Shown here piece after piece: positions 1 to 14,283 of a stretch of 64,000 nucleotides of DNA (the first letter of the stretch is position 1; each line of letters opens with the position of its first letter). The stretch spans positions 8,874,772 to 8,938,771 of the forward strand of contig CM119265.1 of assembly GCA_051294375.1 (NCBI GenBank), given 5' to 3'. Position numbers and translations under genes: made by a program. The notes beneath the pieces were generated by a model. It made no database searches and had not been told where the DNA came from. It saw nothing but the letters and a program-made list of their open reading frames with translations. The DNA comes from Paraspadella gotoi (taxonomy: Eukaryota; Animalia; Chaetognatha).

Positions 1-3000
1 TTATATTAATAAAAAAAATTTACAAAATATTAATTAAATAGTAAGCTCACTCATATTTTATATATATTGTTAATAAAAAAATGTTCCAAGAATATAACAA
101 GTATTAAATGGCATTAACTTTAATTACTTGAATAAAATATATATTAATAGTTTTTAAAAATATTTTTTTAAATTTTTTAAAATATTTTTATAATAAAATT
201 ATATTAATTAAAAATAAATTTATTTTATAACCTACCAAAGTAGAACTGCATTTGTATTATATACTAGAACATATTTGTATCTTACATTTTTTAAAAATTA
301 ATCCATTTGAAATTACTAATTGAATAATCTTTTTTTCTATTTAAATTTGTACTTATAATTCAATAAAAAAAATGTAAAAAGTTAGAAGGAGGTTCAATTA
401 AAAAAGCTTATGCTTTGGTAGATAATGTAGCATAAAAGTTCATTGACTTCAAAATTAGTAAGGAGCATATTCACTATCACTACTAAAATATTTTTATAAA
501 AAACTTTATTAGTATTACCAAAAAATCCTGCTCTTTAGGAATTTTGCTGCCCTACTACATTAAGTGCTAAAAAAATGAAAGAGATCATTGATAATGAAAC
601 CAATAATAAAACATAAAAGCTATAAAATATAAATGATGCAATACCTCTTTTTCTTTTCTTTATATTAAAGAAATAGGGAAAATTGTTTAACGATTATACG
701 AATGGACATGGTTTCGGCTAGTTGACTTCAAGCTTCATCACACATTTAACATGTCCGGTCTCTTAAATAAATATAAATCATTGTAACAAATTTCAAAAAA
801 ACTTGGTTTTCTCGAATATAAAATTAAAAAAAAAAGAAGGAAAAAAAGTTAAAAAACGGTACTGATTTATAGATCCACAAAATAATATAATTAAATCCAA
901 AAACTCTGGCCAAAAGGGCTTTTAATAAAAAGGATTAATTAAATGTAACGAAATTTAATTTTTTTTATCAACGGATATTTCTTATAATTTTAAAAATCTT
1001 AAATTATTTAACAAAAAGTTTAAAAACAATAGTATAAAACTATAATATCAATTTTATTCAAGGTATTAAAATTAATGCATTATACTTGTTAATATTTTGA
1101 ACATTTTTTATTAACAATATAGTATCAAATATTGGAGTGAGCTACTTTTATTATTTATTACTTTTGTAATTTTTTTTTCATAAATCGATGAACAAATATT
1201 ATTGCTATTAAAAAGCTGGGATATGGAGATGTGGAATAAAGCACTCAACTAATATATACCCTGTTATTTTTAATTTGAGATATAAGTTTTAATTAACATC
1301 ATCTATATTTTTATAATAAAATAAAGTTAATAATTTGTTTTTTTTTTATTAATTTTATATAATTATAAAGTTTTATTTGTTTTAAACATTGTTGTTTTTA
1401 AACTTATAAAGTAGAATACTTGATATTGTTATCTTTATTTTTAAAAAAAAGGGTTGCTATTTTGAAAGTACTAATTGATACGTAATCTGTTTTTTGTAAA
1501 GAAAAATTCTTAAGTTTTTACGTATAAATTCAATATGAAAAAATTGTAAAAAGTTGGGAAAAGGTCTAAAATTAAAAGCATTATGTTTTTGTAGATACAT
1601 GGATGAGTATAAACATTTTCAAATTGTTAAGCATACAGACAAAAATATTAAATAAATATTTTTTCAAAAATTTTTTTAAAAATTTAACAATCTCATACTC
1701 CTGAACAAAGATTAAAAAACTAATACACTATTTAACGCCAATAGAAACCCAAGGTTTACTTAGGAGGATTTAGTCTGTTTTTATACCTTATTTTACATTA
1801 TTTTCAAAGTTTATAAGGGGAAATAAAAAAATGTGACTTAAAAATGCCGAGATTCGGGTTTTTTAACATCCAATAATTGGAAAAGTATTTTTTTGGATTT
1901 TTAAAAAAATAAAGAGTATGTAAAATGAAGGTATTTTTTCTGCTCTTTAAATTGACGCAGGTTAAATTTATTCTGACTGATATTTTTTAAGATGTCTATC
2001 ATTTCTTAATGAAAAAAACGTTTTTTTTGCAAATTTTGCAGGAGATTGCAAGCACTTATGGATCGATTTTTCAAAAAAACAAAATAGAAAAAAATTAGTA
2101 GCATATAAAGGGACTATATTGTACTATAGTGCTAATTCTGCTGACGCTGATATGTCCCTATATGCATATTCACTCATGTCGCAACGTATACGGCAACACC
2201 TGTCGTGCTGACTTCTCTATGATCCAGAATTCGTACAGAGACGTTCCTCCAACGCTCATGGGCAAGAGGGCGGCGCCCGTTTGGATGGCCCGCGAGCTGC
2301 GGATGCCGCAAGAGGCTTTCGTCCAAGGGAGTGCGCGCAACGAAGAGAGAGAGAGAGAAGAAAGGGAAGAAGCACTGAGAACGCCAGCGGGCGCACGGGA
2401 ACTTTGCGGCGGCTGAGCCCTTCATTTTTGTCTCCGGGCTAGAATTGTTACTTACCGACGTTCTTTACTCTGATTTAAGCTCAAACAGGAAATTCGGGGG
2501 AAGAGGCGGATGACGCCCGCGCCGGGCGGAAGGTAACGGGGGGAGGGCATTGGGACTGGGGGGGGGAGGAAAATGGTATGAGTGTGAGAAACGATTTGAT
2601 GATGAAGTGGGAGCGAGGAGGGAAAGGGGAGTAATGGAAACGGTCGAATAGGAGGAGAAAGGAGATAAAATGAAAATGATAAGAAAGGGAAGTTAATAGG
2701 AGAAGAGAAGAGGACTATTAGTGCAACATACGTATATAGTTTATATAGACAAAGGCGTCTAAAAAAAGGAAAATAAATAAACCGAGAGAAAGGAGAAGAT
2801 AGAAAAATGTTCTAATATTGCTAAACGGAACCAAATTGGAAAAAAAAAAACTTCCTTAAACACCTTTTTGAAATGAGAGTAGTGCGATAAAAACACCGAT
2901 CAATGCTCTGCTCAGATGCGCGCTGACTCACTCAACCGTGCGTAAGTGAACGACGTCATATACAAATTCATCCCTGGACTATTACGTAATCAAATGCTCA

Positions 3001-5149
3001 TGATCAAAAAGAACGGAGTACTAACACTGAGGGTGGCATCTCATCACGTTCGTTTTCTCGTGTCACTGCTCTTGAGAGCCGCAGTCTCTAATCTCGACCT
3101 GAGCCCGGGAGTAACGAATGACATACGAGTGCCTCTGTGTATGCCGGACCGTCTGATCTCGTATTCACGTCTCTCTACTAATCACTAACATCTAATCGTA
3201 CTACTCTGTGAGCTGGTGGAGTCGACCTATGGATCATCATGCAGTCCTGTCGTGAGCCTACGTGATCTATACGCTCCATGATCATATGCGTGATCTATCT
3301 CCTCCTGATCTCGAGCGCATCCAGCTACGTATCCCTCCCGATACATCATCCTATAAAAACTAATACTAACAGATTGATACATCACACAGTCGGTAACCTA
3401 CTGATACTTCACAGCTCGTCACAATTATGATATCAGACAGTAAACCCTACGAAACTCTGATCGGGCAACTCATCCTATCTCGAGCCTGCCTCATCAGATC
3501 TATATGACGCCCCGATATGCAATATCTCCCGGTTTACCTCGAAGCTATAAGATAAAAAAAAGTTTCAGTTGAAAAAAATCCCCTCCCAATTTTTGATTTA
3601 TTTCATAAGATCAATTCACCTTAAGATTTTTTTTTTTTAATCCACAAAAAAAAACAAAAACTTTGGTTTCATGTGAAAAAATAAGATTAATACGGTGCAG
3701 CACGAAAAAAAGTTTTCACGGCCGCCGGGTGGTAACGAGCAGCCCGCTAATGGTCTGTCATTTTTTTGAGGGTTTCAAATTTATCCACGCGAATCTCAGT
3801 TCTGGTGATCATCGATCGCTAGGACGGCGCCAATTTCGGATGCCTTTGCCTCACCTAAATTAAAGAGGGGTAAAAAAAATCAATACTAAAAAATACTGGA
3901 TAAAAAAAAATAAAATAAATATTCACTCAGATAGTTTAAGTACTGGGGATGATTCTTTCCCGGACAAAATTTTTATTGACACAACAAAGTTAACGACCGG
4001 CCACAAAATATTAAACGTCGACTCCATTTTACATAGATTATTCTTCGACATTGTCGATTTTAAGCCTCAAAAAACTTCGACTTTCACTTGCGTAATTTCC
4101 TCACCCTCATCTTCCTCCTCCCTTTCCCCGATCTCCACATCTTCTGGCTATCTCTACGGTCGATTAGGTTACGATCTGAAACTCGACTTCCATTCTTGAC
4201 CGGGCTTCGCGAGGTCAGTGAGGCTGGCACGTTCGCATAGGGGTCGAAGCCTAATCCTACGGTGGATGATAAGTCGGCCCGATATCCACATCGCCTCGAG
4301 AAGAACACTGCAAATCACACACGTCCTATAACAATTTAGTGGCAACATCTGTAATCTAAACATCACTCATTCGCTAGCTGCGTGAATACTCAAGTCGTAC
4401 AGGCTATCAAAAATCTCCTTTCCCGCTCCAAGAGCGATCTGTCCGAGCTGGCATCTCGCGAACTTGTCAGTACGCAATCAGACATCAGACTCTAGCTCAT
4501 GGATGACAACCGGCAGTGTATTACCTTTATTAGTGGTGTCGACTTCACTTACGAATACGAATCTTTTTGAATTTATATATGTTTATTATGTTTATTTTAT
4601 AATAATTTTATCCCTCCTTCCCAACTTGTGGTTTCCTGAGTTGAATAGCGTCGTTCAGTATTTCGGCCTCCGGCTAACTTCATGCCGAGGTTTCCGATAG
4701 CCCTCGTTAAACAGCATCCCCGATTCGCCCTCCGTCGCTGAGACGCTCTTCCGGGCGTCCTTCTGCTTTTACATCTTCAGCGCCTCCTGCCGACATCTAT
4801 TTCTATACACGCCTCTATCTCTCCTTTTAAATTTAAAAAAAACAATAACCGTGAAACGTATTTTTTTGACAACTTGGAAATAAAACGCGGAGCGATCTCG
4901 TCGACTACTCCCTCTATTTTAAAAAAAAGTATCTTCTCACGCCGTGTAAATTTGGTACGGTACAAAACTTCGTTACAAGAGCAACTTTTGGGTTAGGAAC
5001 GTCCGTCCCCCTAACTAACAGTGTACACCAGATGTGACGTGCGCACGAACCCCAAACGTAAAATGGCCACTGACGAGAGAGTGTGCCACTCAAGCGGTGA
5101 CAAAACTAAATGAGCCCGGAAAGCGACTCGCCGTGCTGAGCAAAATTCG

Positions 5150-5850
5150 CTTCGTTCTTTGCCTGTTGTCAAAATCCTTCAAATAAGCTCACGTTGTTCG
5201 CCTGCTCGCTTCAATTCAGCCTTGAACCGCCTCCGCCAGCCAAGCCGCCGCTATCGTCACTCAATGTCTCTCCCGTTGCCCTTTAATTTTCTCCAGCAAA
5301 ACTCCAATCAAGCGGACCCTGCATCGCCCCCGACCGCCTATGGGCTTGCATTGGTCTTCCATCTGCTCTTGGCCGTCTCCCTTGTTCGGACTGTTGCCTT
5401 AGGTCTTTTTCCCCCAGGACAGGCGACCTTCCCCTCGATGACGGTGGCGTTGAGTGCGGCCGATCTTCTCAGGCCAACAGTCGCCCCTCAGCTTCCGTTT
5501 CACGCTCATCAGCCCTTCGTCATGCGCTTTTCGTCTTCGGCCTCCTTCGTCTGTCTCCTCCGCCAACTTCTGCGCTCCTGAGCGCGATCTGAGCCGCCGC
5601 CTTTTTCTTCGTTTCCGTCGCCACCTCTTGCTCGATCCTTTTCTGAAAGCGACTTGGAGCCGCTCCTCCAACCGTTTGGTCTTCGTCAGCTTGTTCATTG
5701 TGTTTGATGTTGGCCATTTCCGCCTCAGTCGTCGCGAAGTTGTATGTCGTCGCCTTTGTCGGCGCTCCCTTTTCGGTGGCCATCGCGGCGGGCGCGGATA
5801 TGAATAGCCTCGATGATTTCAAAACTGCGGTCAGGAGGAATGCCAAAGTA
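5150..5850 (-). CDS. Frameshifted coiled-coil coding segment, myosin II heavy-chain rod-like (candidate exon in error-rich sequence)
   Basis: Stitching minus-strand frames gives EAEMANIK..NKLTKTKRLEERLQ...EDEKRMTKG/LMSVKRKL(R)GD. This resembles the myosin II rod segment KLTKEKK..EER...EQEKK.R.DLE..KRKLEGD with similar spacing (64 vs ~61 aa). GC-rich and E/K/A-rich. Identified from recalled motifs only. Confidence 0.4.
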
Positions 5851-6599
5851 AAATAATGGGAATAAACTGAAATTCGAGATATGTTAATTTACAGTGCCGA
5901 ACTGTCGTGTTCCTGAGAACAACTTCTTGATGAGAGATCTTTACTGTCTTTCAAACCTTTCAACATTTTTTCGGATCCGATTTTTATTTAAGTCGACGGT
6001 ATCCCGTCTGTTGTTTCGTTAGTTGTTTCTTTGGATTAATTTGATAATAAATTGAAATTATTTATTAAATCCCTCCCCGCTAGTCCACATTCAAGACCGA
6101 ACTTGTCCGACCTAAATGCAAATTTTAATGGAACAGTATCAAAATAATGATCCATTAGTTGGTTATTAATATTCGTGTTAAAATATTTTATTTGCAAAAA
6201 ATTTGAAACCTTAATTAAAATTATATAATTACTATAATAATGTCAACAAATTACTTTTTGATATATTTAATTTAATTGATTCTGATAGACCTGGAAAAAG
6301 TTAGCAAAAAAAAGTACATTACAACGTAAATTTAAAAATTTTGATGTTTTATAACTGAAAATTAGAAAAAGCCGCTATAGAAATCAAATGAGATGATGAT
6401 GATGATGATGATGGATTTTTTAAGTTATCTCAATGTGTTAACCGTGACTTCATCATTAAAATATTGAAAAAGAATATACTTGTGTTAGGCAACTTTGGAA
6501 TTAAGCTATCTAAATATGCTTTTTAACAAATAAAAAAATTTAAAAAAAATTATTATTTTGGGACATTCTATTCGTATAAATAATATTAAAAAATAATAC

Positions 6600-8730
6600 T
6601 AGTGCTTCAAGCACATTTAGAATTGTGGTCCATGTGAGAAGTTTCTCAGAAAATGTATGAAGTTTATTTGAAGGTTCCCAAATCAAACTTCGACCCACCC
6701 CAATTGACCCAAGACCTATTACTCTGGGAGAAGTCTGATGACGTTCAAGTTTAACCTTAGCCTTTACTTTCCAATTAACCAACCTGTTCCATTGGTATGC
6801 CCAAGTTGGCAGTGAGGTGATGATGATGATCATCTCGATAAGCGTCAGAAAATACTACTCCTCTGCATATACTTCGCAGCTCTGGGACATCATACTTCTG
6901 GTCTTTATCAGCATAGATATAAGAAATTTACCTCAGTATCATTCGCATCTTCTCATTAATATAATTCTAATTCTAACAAAATTCTATCACTTTACAATAT
7001 TCTTATTTATATACTTTAAAGTAATTTATATAGAATTTAGGGTGAAATACCCGATGCGGGATGAAAGATGCCGAGGCCTCTTCGGATTCTAGAACCAGTA
7101 GACACACTTTATGAAACGAACGTATTTAAAATTTAAATTAAATTAAATTACATAAATAGAAAATAATTAATAAATTAATTAATAATATAAATTAATAATT
7201 AATGTAATTAATAAATTAATATAATTAATTAATTAATTTAATTTAATTAAAATTAATTTAAATAATTTGAAAACAAATCTTACAACCTGATGAATTTGGA
7301 AAGATGGTCCAGCGCTCGATCAGTTGCTAGAACAATTATGAAGAAATTGTAATTAAAATAACTGATTTTAGAATGGAATAGATTTGCGGGTCGTAAACAA
7401 ATATACTGATTCGCTTACTTGATGCGAAGCCGATGTTGTTCTGAAGATTCTAATAAGAAATTATTTGGTATCCGGATATCCAAAAAGTTCTTACGATTAA
7501 TATAACAAATAAAATTCTAAATTAAAACCTGCTACTTGCTGAATCGATGAAGGAGACAGCAGAGGCACTTGGAATTGAGCAAAGATCAGACGTTCAGCGC
7601 TGATTGGGGATTTCTAGATAAATTGTAAAACTTGAGAGAATTTAGTTTAAATTTTAATTGTAATTTAATTTTAAATTTGAAAATAGTTAACCAATTTTAA
7701 AGCTATCAATATTTGGTTTAAAAATGTTTTTTAAACTCACGCTTATTATTTCAAAGACCAACCTCGGCGCTACTCGAAGGCTCAGGACCTGATTCCGGAA
7801 TATTTTGCGAATCTGATTTAACATTCTATATTTATTAATTGACAAGTTTTTTTGAATTATAAGAAACTCAAAAAATAACACCTACCAATTCTCTAGTAAG
7901 AAGAGAAACTGGCCCTGAATATTGGCCGCGTGTGAGGGAGATTATTGAACTGGGGAGAAACTGGTTATTTATCCAATGCGAGCCCTGCCGTTACTTGATG
8001 GTATGGGATGGAAGATTTGTTCAGGATTGTAAATAAAATTCTGAGTAAAATGTAATAAATATTAATGACCGGAATGTCAAATTTTTTTTTAAAAATTGGC
8101 ATGCATTTTTTCCAAGCAGCACCCTCAAGAGGGTTCATTACAGGGCATGAAGCAGCTTCGCAGCCAAATGAATTCTGTTTTCGTAAAATAAGATAGGTAA
8201 TTTAATATAATAAAATATTAAAAGTCAGATATGCTTAGGTCAAGAGATGAAGATGAGGGTGCGGGAGAGATGAGCCAAATGGTGTGAGAGAATGTGACAG
8301 TTGTAATTAAAATCATCGTGAAATATTATAAATCATCGTTTTACGTGTACCATCGAGGCATATATTTGAAAACTGAGGAAGTGCAGGAAGGGTACTATAG
8401 AACAGTACGCAGTGATGAATTGGCGAAGAGATTTTCAACGACGCCTTAGCTACTCTTCATTTGTAGGGATTGCAAGCAAAATGAGGGAAGACCAATTGAG
8501 TAACCAATGGTATCAGAAATCACATGTCTAACATTTATTTGGTCCATAAACCTAACTGGATTCTAAGAATTGGAGAGATGCACGAGGAAAATACCAATCA
8601 ACCATTCGGTTCACACTTTACTAACATACTTTTCGGAGGAGAGGAATCTGAGAAGAAAGAGACATTCCGCAGACGAATTTGGAGCTTTCAAAGAATACCT
8701 GGAAACAGGATAAATTGGAGAAAGGTAAGT
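6600..8730. other. Coding-like segments interleaved with very AT-rich spacers (unidentified, frame-broken)
   Basis: Protein-like stretches on + strand, e.g. ETGPEYWPRVREIIELGRNWLFIQCEPCRYLMVWDGRF (~7906-8020) and YLKTEEVQEGYYRTVRSDELAKRF (~8363-8435), plus an AG|GTAAGT donor near 8724. No recognisable family. Confidence 0.25.
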
Positions 8731-11700
8731 GGAGTATGAGAAGCAAAGAAAATAAATAGAAGACTCAGTTATTTTGTTTTTTTTACCCTCTTCTCGCAAA
8801 ATTTTATTTTTAAATTAATATAATTTATTTATCTACTTAATTTTTTTATTATTCTATTATCATTATATAATATCATCTTTGCTAAATCCCATACCTCCAT
8901 ATGAGAATCCTGTAATGAGATTATGATAATTACAAAATTTAGAATTTAGCGGAACAATGTAATCTTAACGAAAAACTCCTTCTTCATGAGAAATCCCCTA
9001 TAGAACCGCTATAAAACCAATGACTTAAAAATATACTAAAAATACCACGAAATCTGTATTAACATACCCACACATGTGGAGACGACAAGGGTAAGCTGGA
9101 CATTTGATACTATCGTGCCTCAACCACGATATTTGTATCTTTTTTTTGAGAAATTCGCCCATAAGAATTCGGTGGGGTGGTGGCGATTGGGAGTGGGAGC
9201 GGAAGAATAAGGCTACTATGACCAATGGGCGCCGGGGCGATCCAGGTGGGGAAACTACAGTCCGACGACCACCGCGACACCCAATCCGCCAGGCGGAGTC
9301 TCGCTGATCTCTCGCTGCGTTGCTTTAATTTTTTTTTTTTACAAAAAAAAACAATTTATAGTCCAACTCTCCCTCCAATTCTCTCCAGATCAAACGGGGG
9401 ATCCGGCAAGCAGTCTCTCTCTCTCGACTCCTAGCTCCTCTCTCTCTCTTCTTGCATAGCACTCTCTGTCTCCCTCTCTCTCCTTTCTCTCTCGGTCCAG
9501 CCTCTACTCTCTCCCTCCATTCTCTCTCTCTTCCGCTTCCCCTCCCGTCCTCTCTCCCCTCGTTACCTCCACCACATCTCCGCCCACCGGTCTGGGCCGC
9601 CTTTAAACTAGACCAACCCAAAAACCCCTTGTTCCGCTGCCATATGCATTCATCTTAATTTTTCGTTATAAGCAATAATGAAAACGCCTAGTCAAATTCT
9701 ACTCTCTCTTCCAGCACCCAATAAAGTCCCGAGTTCAATCTTCCCTCCTCCTCCTTCCTGAGTCTTACGATTTCTTTAACTGTTTCCTCTAACATTACCA
9801 CTTTGGTCTATCGTCGACCACGTACCGGCGGAACACGGACCGACCTTGCCTCTTACCTTTATTATGGACCTCCTAAACTACCCTTGAGCCTTTCAAGTGA
9901 ATTTTGCGGCGCTTCCCCGCATCTGCATTAACGGTGTACGCTGGTACACGACTCCCGGATTAATATCTATAAACTGGGCTCGTTCTTCAATTACAAAATC
10001 GGCCCGGAAATTCTTCCTCTCCCAAAATTTCTTCATAACTGACTTAATAGGATGTACCTATCTCGATTGTCCCGAAAATACGCCGGCCGCGGATCAAGAG
10101 CATTGTGAAACGTGGACTGAATGTTCGAATTCGAAATTAAATTCCGGATAATTTTCTTTAATGCGAACCTTGATCGTTTTCTTACGATCGCTGGATTGTT
10201 ATCTCTCTCGCCTTGTCCTCGCTCGTCACGAACGCATAACTTCCGGGGAACTACCACTATTGTTGTTTGCTGAAAACGACCGGACAAGTTCGACGGAAAG
10301 CTTTATAACAAACCGCCATTAAACAACTTTTAGCTTTCGAGGCGCTGTTATAGCTCTTATTCTTTGATTCAAATGTACAACTAATCTTGTAATGACGCAA
10401 TCGGCGGCCTTAAGATGAATCCCCGAGGTGCCAAACAAACTACCTTTTCAAGCCGCGGCGGGTTAACCGGGGTTGTTAATAACGACCGACGATCGACGAA
10501 CGACGACCGACGACTACAACCCTTTGACGTCATCACAATCCCGTCATTCGAATTTATTTTTCCCACGACAATAACATTGCTCTGACGACAGGTACCCAGC
10601 GGAAGATACAACTGGGTTAAGACTACCATAAACAATTGAATTTCTCTCTTTCCTCCTCTGACATTATTTCTTCTATCCAGCTGTGAGATTACTTTAAGGT
10701 GGGGTCAAGGGTTTCTCTGAGAAATAAAGGAGGATCGAGCGTTTGATCTCTGCCTCTGCAGTGGTCCGGTCTCAGGAAAGTTCCAGATCCGAAACCCCCG
10801 TCTTCTGCACTCCGATTGCCTCCATTCAAACTTCTCGTAAAATGGCGAGAATTCTTCGGGGACACCGCGCGCATAGAGCTACCAGTAGTAAACAATGAGA
10901 ATATCATTCTGATCAGAATTTTTGATAATCAGTTTTTTTTTATACATTTTTTTATGGAAAAAGATGAAACCCCTCCGGCTGACCTCTTAATGAGTGGCTG
11001 GAAAATTGCTAAGGTAGAAGCATTGACCGTTCCTTTATTATTGGCCTTAAACGAATTTTAATAATGCCACCGAACAAGTGTTTTTTTTATTTAATGGGTC
11101 CTCGTCCGCCGTGGTGTGTGCTACTGGCCCGGGTGAGGACCAATAAGGAAGGGATTAAATTCAATGAATAACGATCGAGTTGTATAGAAAGAAAAGGAAT
11201 AGGAGAAAGAACAAGAAGAGGAAGGAGAAGAAGGGAAAAGAGAGAAAAAAGAAGAAGAGAGCAGACACATATTATAAATTAAGAAATAGCTCGCGCAAAA
11301 GCGAAGAAATATTGTAGAAAATTTAGTAAGAGAGAGAAGAGAGATGAGAGTGAGATGAGAGATGAAAGAGAAGTATATCGGAGAAAGAACGTCTTTGCCG
11401 ATTCCCTTTGATCTTATCGGAGAGCCCCTTATGTTTTTTTTAAAACCGACGACCTGGTGGGGCCGTCCCGACCCTGTCAGTATCCCAACCCAATATAAAA
11501 CCGCATCAGCTAGTAACATGAATACCCAGTTCCCACCTTGGTCCATTGATTCCCTAAACCGTCTAGTAGGTCTCTCGGAGAAAATTTACGTAAAATGCCC
11601 CTATATGTACAACTCATTAACGTTATCGTAAAATCTCTCTCCGTTACTACATTTTGCCGACGAGGGCGATTAAAAGAACTGTCATCCTGCGTCGTCTTTT

Positions 11701-12467
11701 CTCCCTCTCTCGAATCTCCTTCTCTCTCTCATGCTGCCTTACCTGCCTCTCGAAGTGCTTCCTCTCTCTCACTCTCTCTCTCTCTCATGCTTTCTCTCGT
11801 TCTGCTCTCACTCTATTCATCTTACATTCCTCTCTCTCTCTCTCCCTCCCCTCCTGAGTTCCCAGGCGAACCCAAACTATAAATAATAAAAGAAAAAAAA
11901 AGTGTTTTATTCCCGAAGGAATTTTATTTCTTATTTTACTCCTTAAATTTTTATTTCTTTTATTTTTTTCTTTCGCTTCGTCGCCTCCTTCCATTCGTCG
12001 TCATCTTCGTCGACTTCAAATTCTTTTTTTTTTCTTTCTATCGACGATTTTGTTCGATTTCGTCGAATTTCGCGTCTTTTCGTGTTATTTTTCTCGAAAA
12101 TCCGTTGACCTTTTGTTTTGGGGGCGAAAACTTCAAAGGATGTTTAAGGATTTCAAGTCGAGTTTGTAAATTATAAAGGTTTTCCGACTGTTGATGAAAT
12201 TAGTATAATCATTACGTAAAATATCCATTGATTTAATAAACAAGCTTGTCTCTTAACTTTGTACTCCAGACTCAAAATCATCATAATACAGGAACTAAGT
12301 CAATTTTTACTAAAAAAAAAACAATACAATTATGGCTCAGAAATTCAGAATGACAGACAAGAACAAAAAAATCAAAACAAACTTCAGAATACTTTTCTTT
12401 TTCGTTTTAGAGAATTGAGATTTACCCGAACAAACCTGAAATTAGGTCATGTGTTCGAAGTCGTTTT

Positions 12468-12504
<37 letters not shown>

Positions 12505-14133
12505 GAAATGGACATTTAAGTGGCGTATCTCGTCCCATAAAAAGTAATGGACGGAAGGGTTTGGACAAGAGATGAATGTCCAGATATCGTGTGGCGTCGA
12601 ACCAAAACGACTCACCCTCTTTTTTTGCCCATAGAAGGGTGGAGGGTCATGTCGGGAACAGGAAAAAAAAGGAAAATAAAGGAAAAATGAAAAATATTTT
12701 TTTAAAAAAAGGAAAAGAAAAAGGAAAAATAGAGCGGACTTTTGCAGAAACTGGGCTCCGGATTTAAAATTTTTGCCGGATGAGATTTTTTTCTAAAAAA
12801 AATCGTCCGTGAATAATTTAGAACCCGCGTTTACTAACATTGATTGATGTTCAAATTTTGAGGATGATGTTTTAATAAATTACCATTTTTAGCTGTACTA
12901 ATCTATTCTAATCTAATTATAATCATATTGAAGACGGAAAATCTGACAAACGTGAGAAAAGAGCTAAATATTAGTAAATGTTGAAAAGCGAATTAGAAAG
13001 AGCAAATTAAGGGGGAAAAAGTAAAGGGAGTGAAGTTAGGGAAAAAGGAAAAGGGAAAATGGGAGGAGGAGGAAAAGACAGTTAAAAACGGAAAAAGTGG
13101 AGAGACTGAAGACTGGAGAGTTTTAAGAAGAGAGAAAAAGAAAGAAGCCGGAAACAGCTGGCAGGTGGCGGAACCGATTCGCGATTCGACAATTCCCCGA
13201 TTCCGTCGGGCCTTTCCTCTTCCTGCCTCCTCTCTCCTTTCCTTTCCTCCCTCATTTCCTTTCCTCCCTCCTCCCTCCTCTCTCCTCTTTTCTACCTTAT
13301 CTTTCCTCCCTCTTCTTTCCTCCTTTTCTCTTTTCTTTTCATCCCTCCTATCGCCTACTTTCCTCCTTTCCTTTCCTTATTATTCTTTCCTCTCATCCTT
13401 TCCTTCCCTCACTTCTTATACGAGGGTATGTTTGCAAGTTAAATCCTTAAGTAATAAAATGTTAAAGTATTATTATTAATTAATTAGTTAACATATCATT
13501 AACACTGCTAAAGACTATATTTAGCTACTGGAAAACCATGAAACAGAACTATTATCAAAATCCAAAATGAAATTAGACACATTTAGATTTAATACTGCAA
13601 TATGTAAATGAGATTGAGAGATTCAATCTCATTTAAGATGATACTAGTCTTACAGTCTTACGACTTCTCTCTTCTCCTTTTCTCCTTTCTTCTCTCTTCT
13701 TTCCTTCTTTTCTATTTTCCTTTCATCCCTTATCTTTCTTTCTTTTCCTTCTTCTTTCTTCCTCCTTTCATCCTTTTCTTTCCTNNNNNNNNNNNNNNNN
13801 NNNNNNNNNNNNNNNNNNNNNNNNNNNNNNNNNNNNNNNNNNNNNNNNNNNNNNNNNNNNNNNNNNNNNNNNNNNNNNNNNNNNNNNNNNNNNNNNNNNN
13901 NNNNNNNNNNNNNNNNNNNNNNNNNNNNNNNNNNNNNNNNNNNNNNNNNNNNAGAAGGGAGGAAGGCCGGAGGGAAGGGGAAGGCTTGGCGTGCGGGATG
14001 AGAGCTGAAAAGCCAGAAGGTTTGTTGTTGTTGTTGTTCGTTGGAATTGTTGTTGTTGTTGTTGTTGTCTCCCAGTGGGGGTGTTGTCTCGGAAAGAGGG
14101 ATGGTGTAGAGGTGTAGAGCTGTTGAAGGATCG

Positions 14134-14146
14134 GAAAAGAAAAGAA

Positions 14147-14206
<60 letters not shown>

Positions 14207-14211
14207 AAAAA

Positions 14212-14267
<56 letters not shown>

Positions 14268-14283
14268 AAAAAAGAAAAAAGAA
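14134..14283. repeat. (AAAG)n microsatellite
   Basis: Directly visible tetranucleotide array. Confidence 0.95.

Noticed and set aside
6620-6650. CGPC thioredoxin-like motif
   Set aside because: No preceding Trp, flanked by stops, no supporting fold context.
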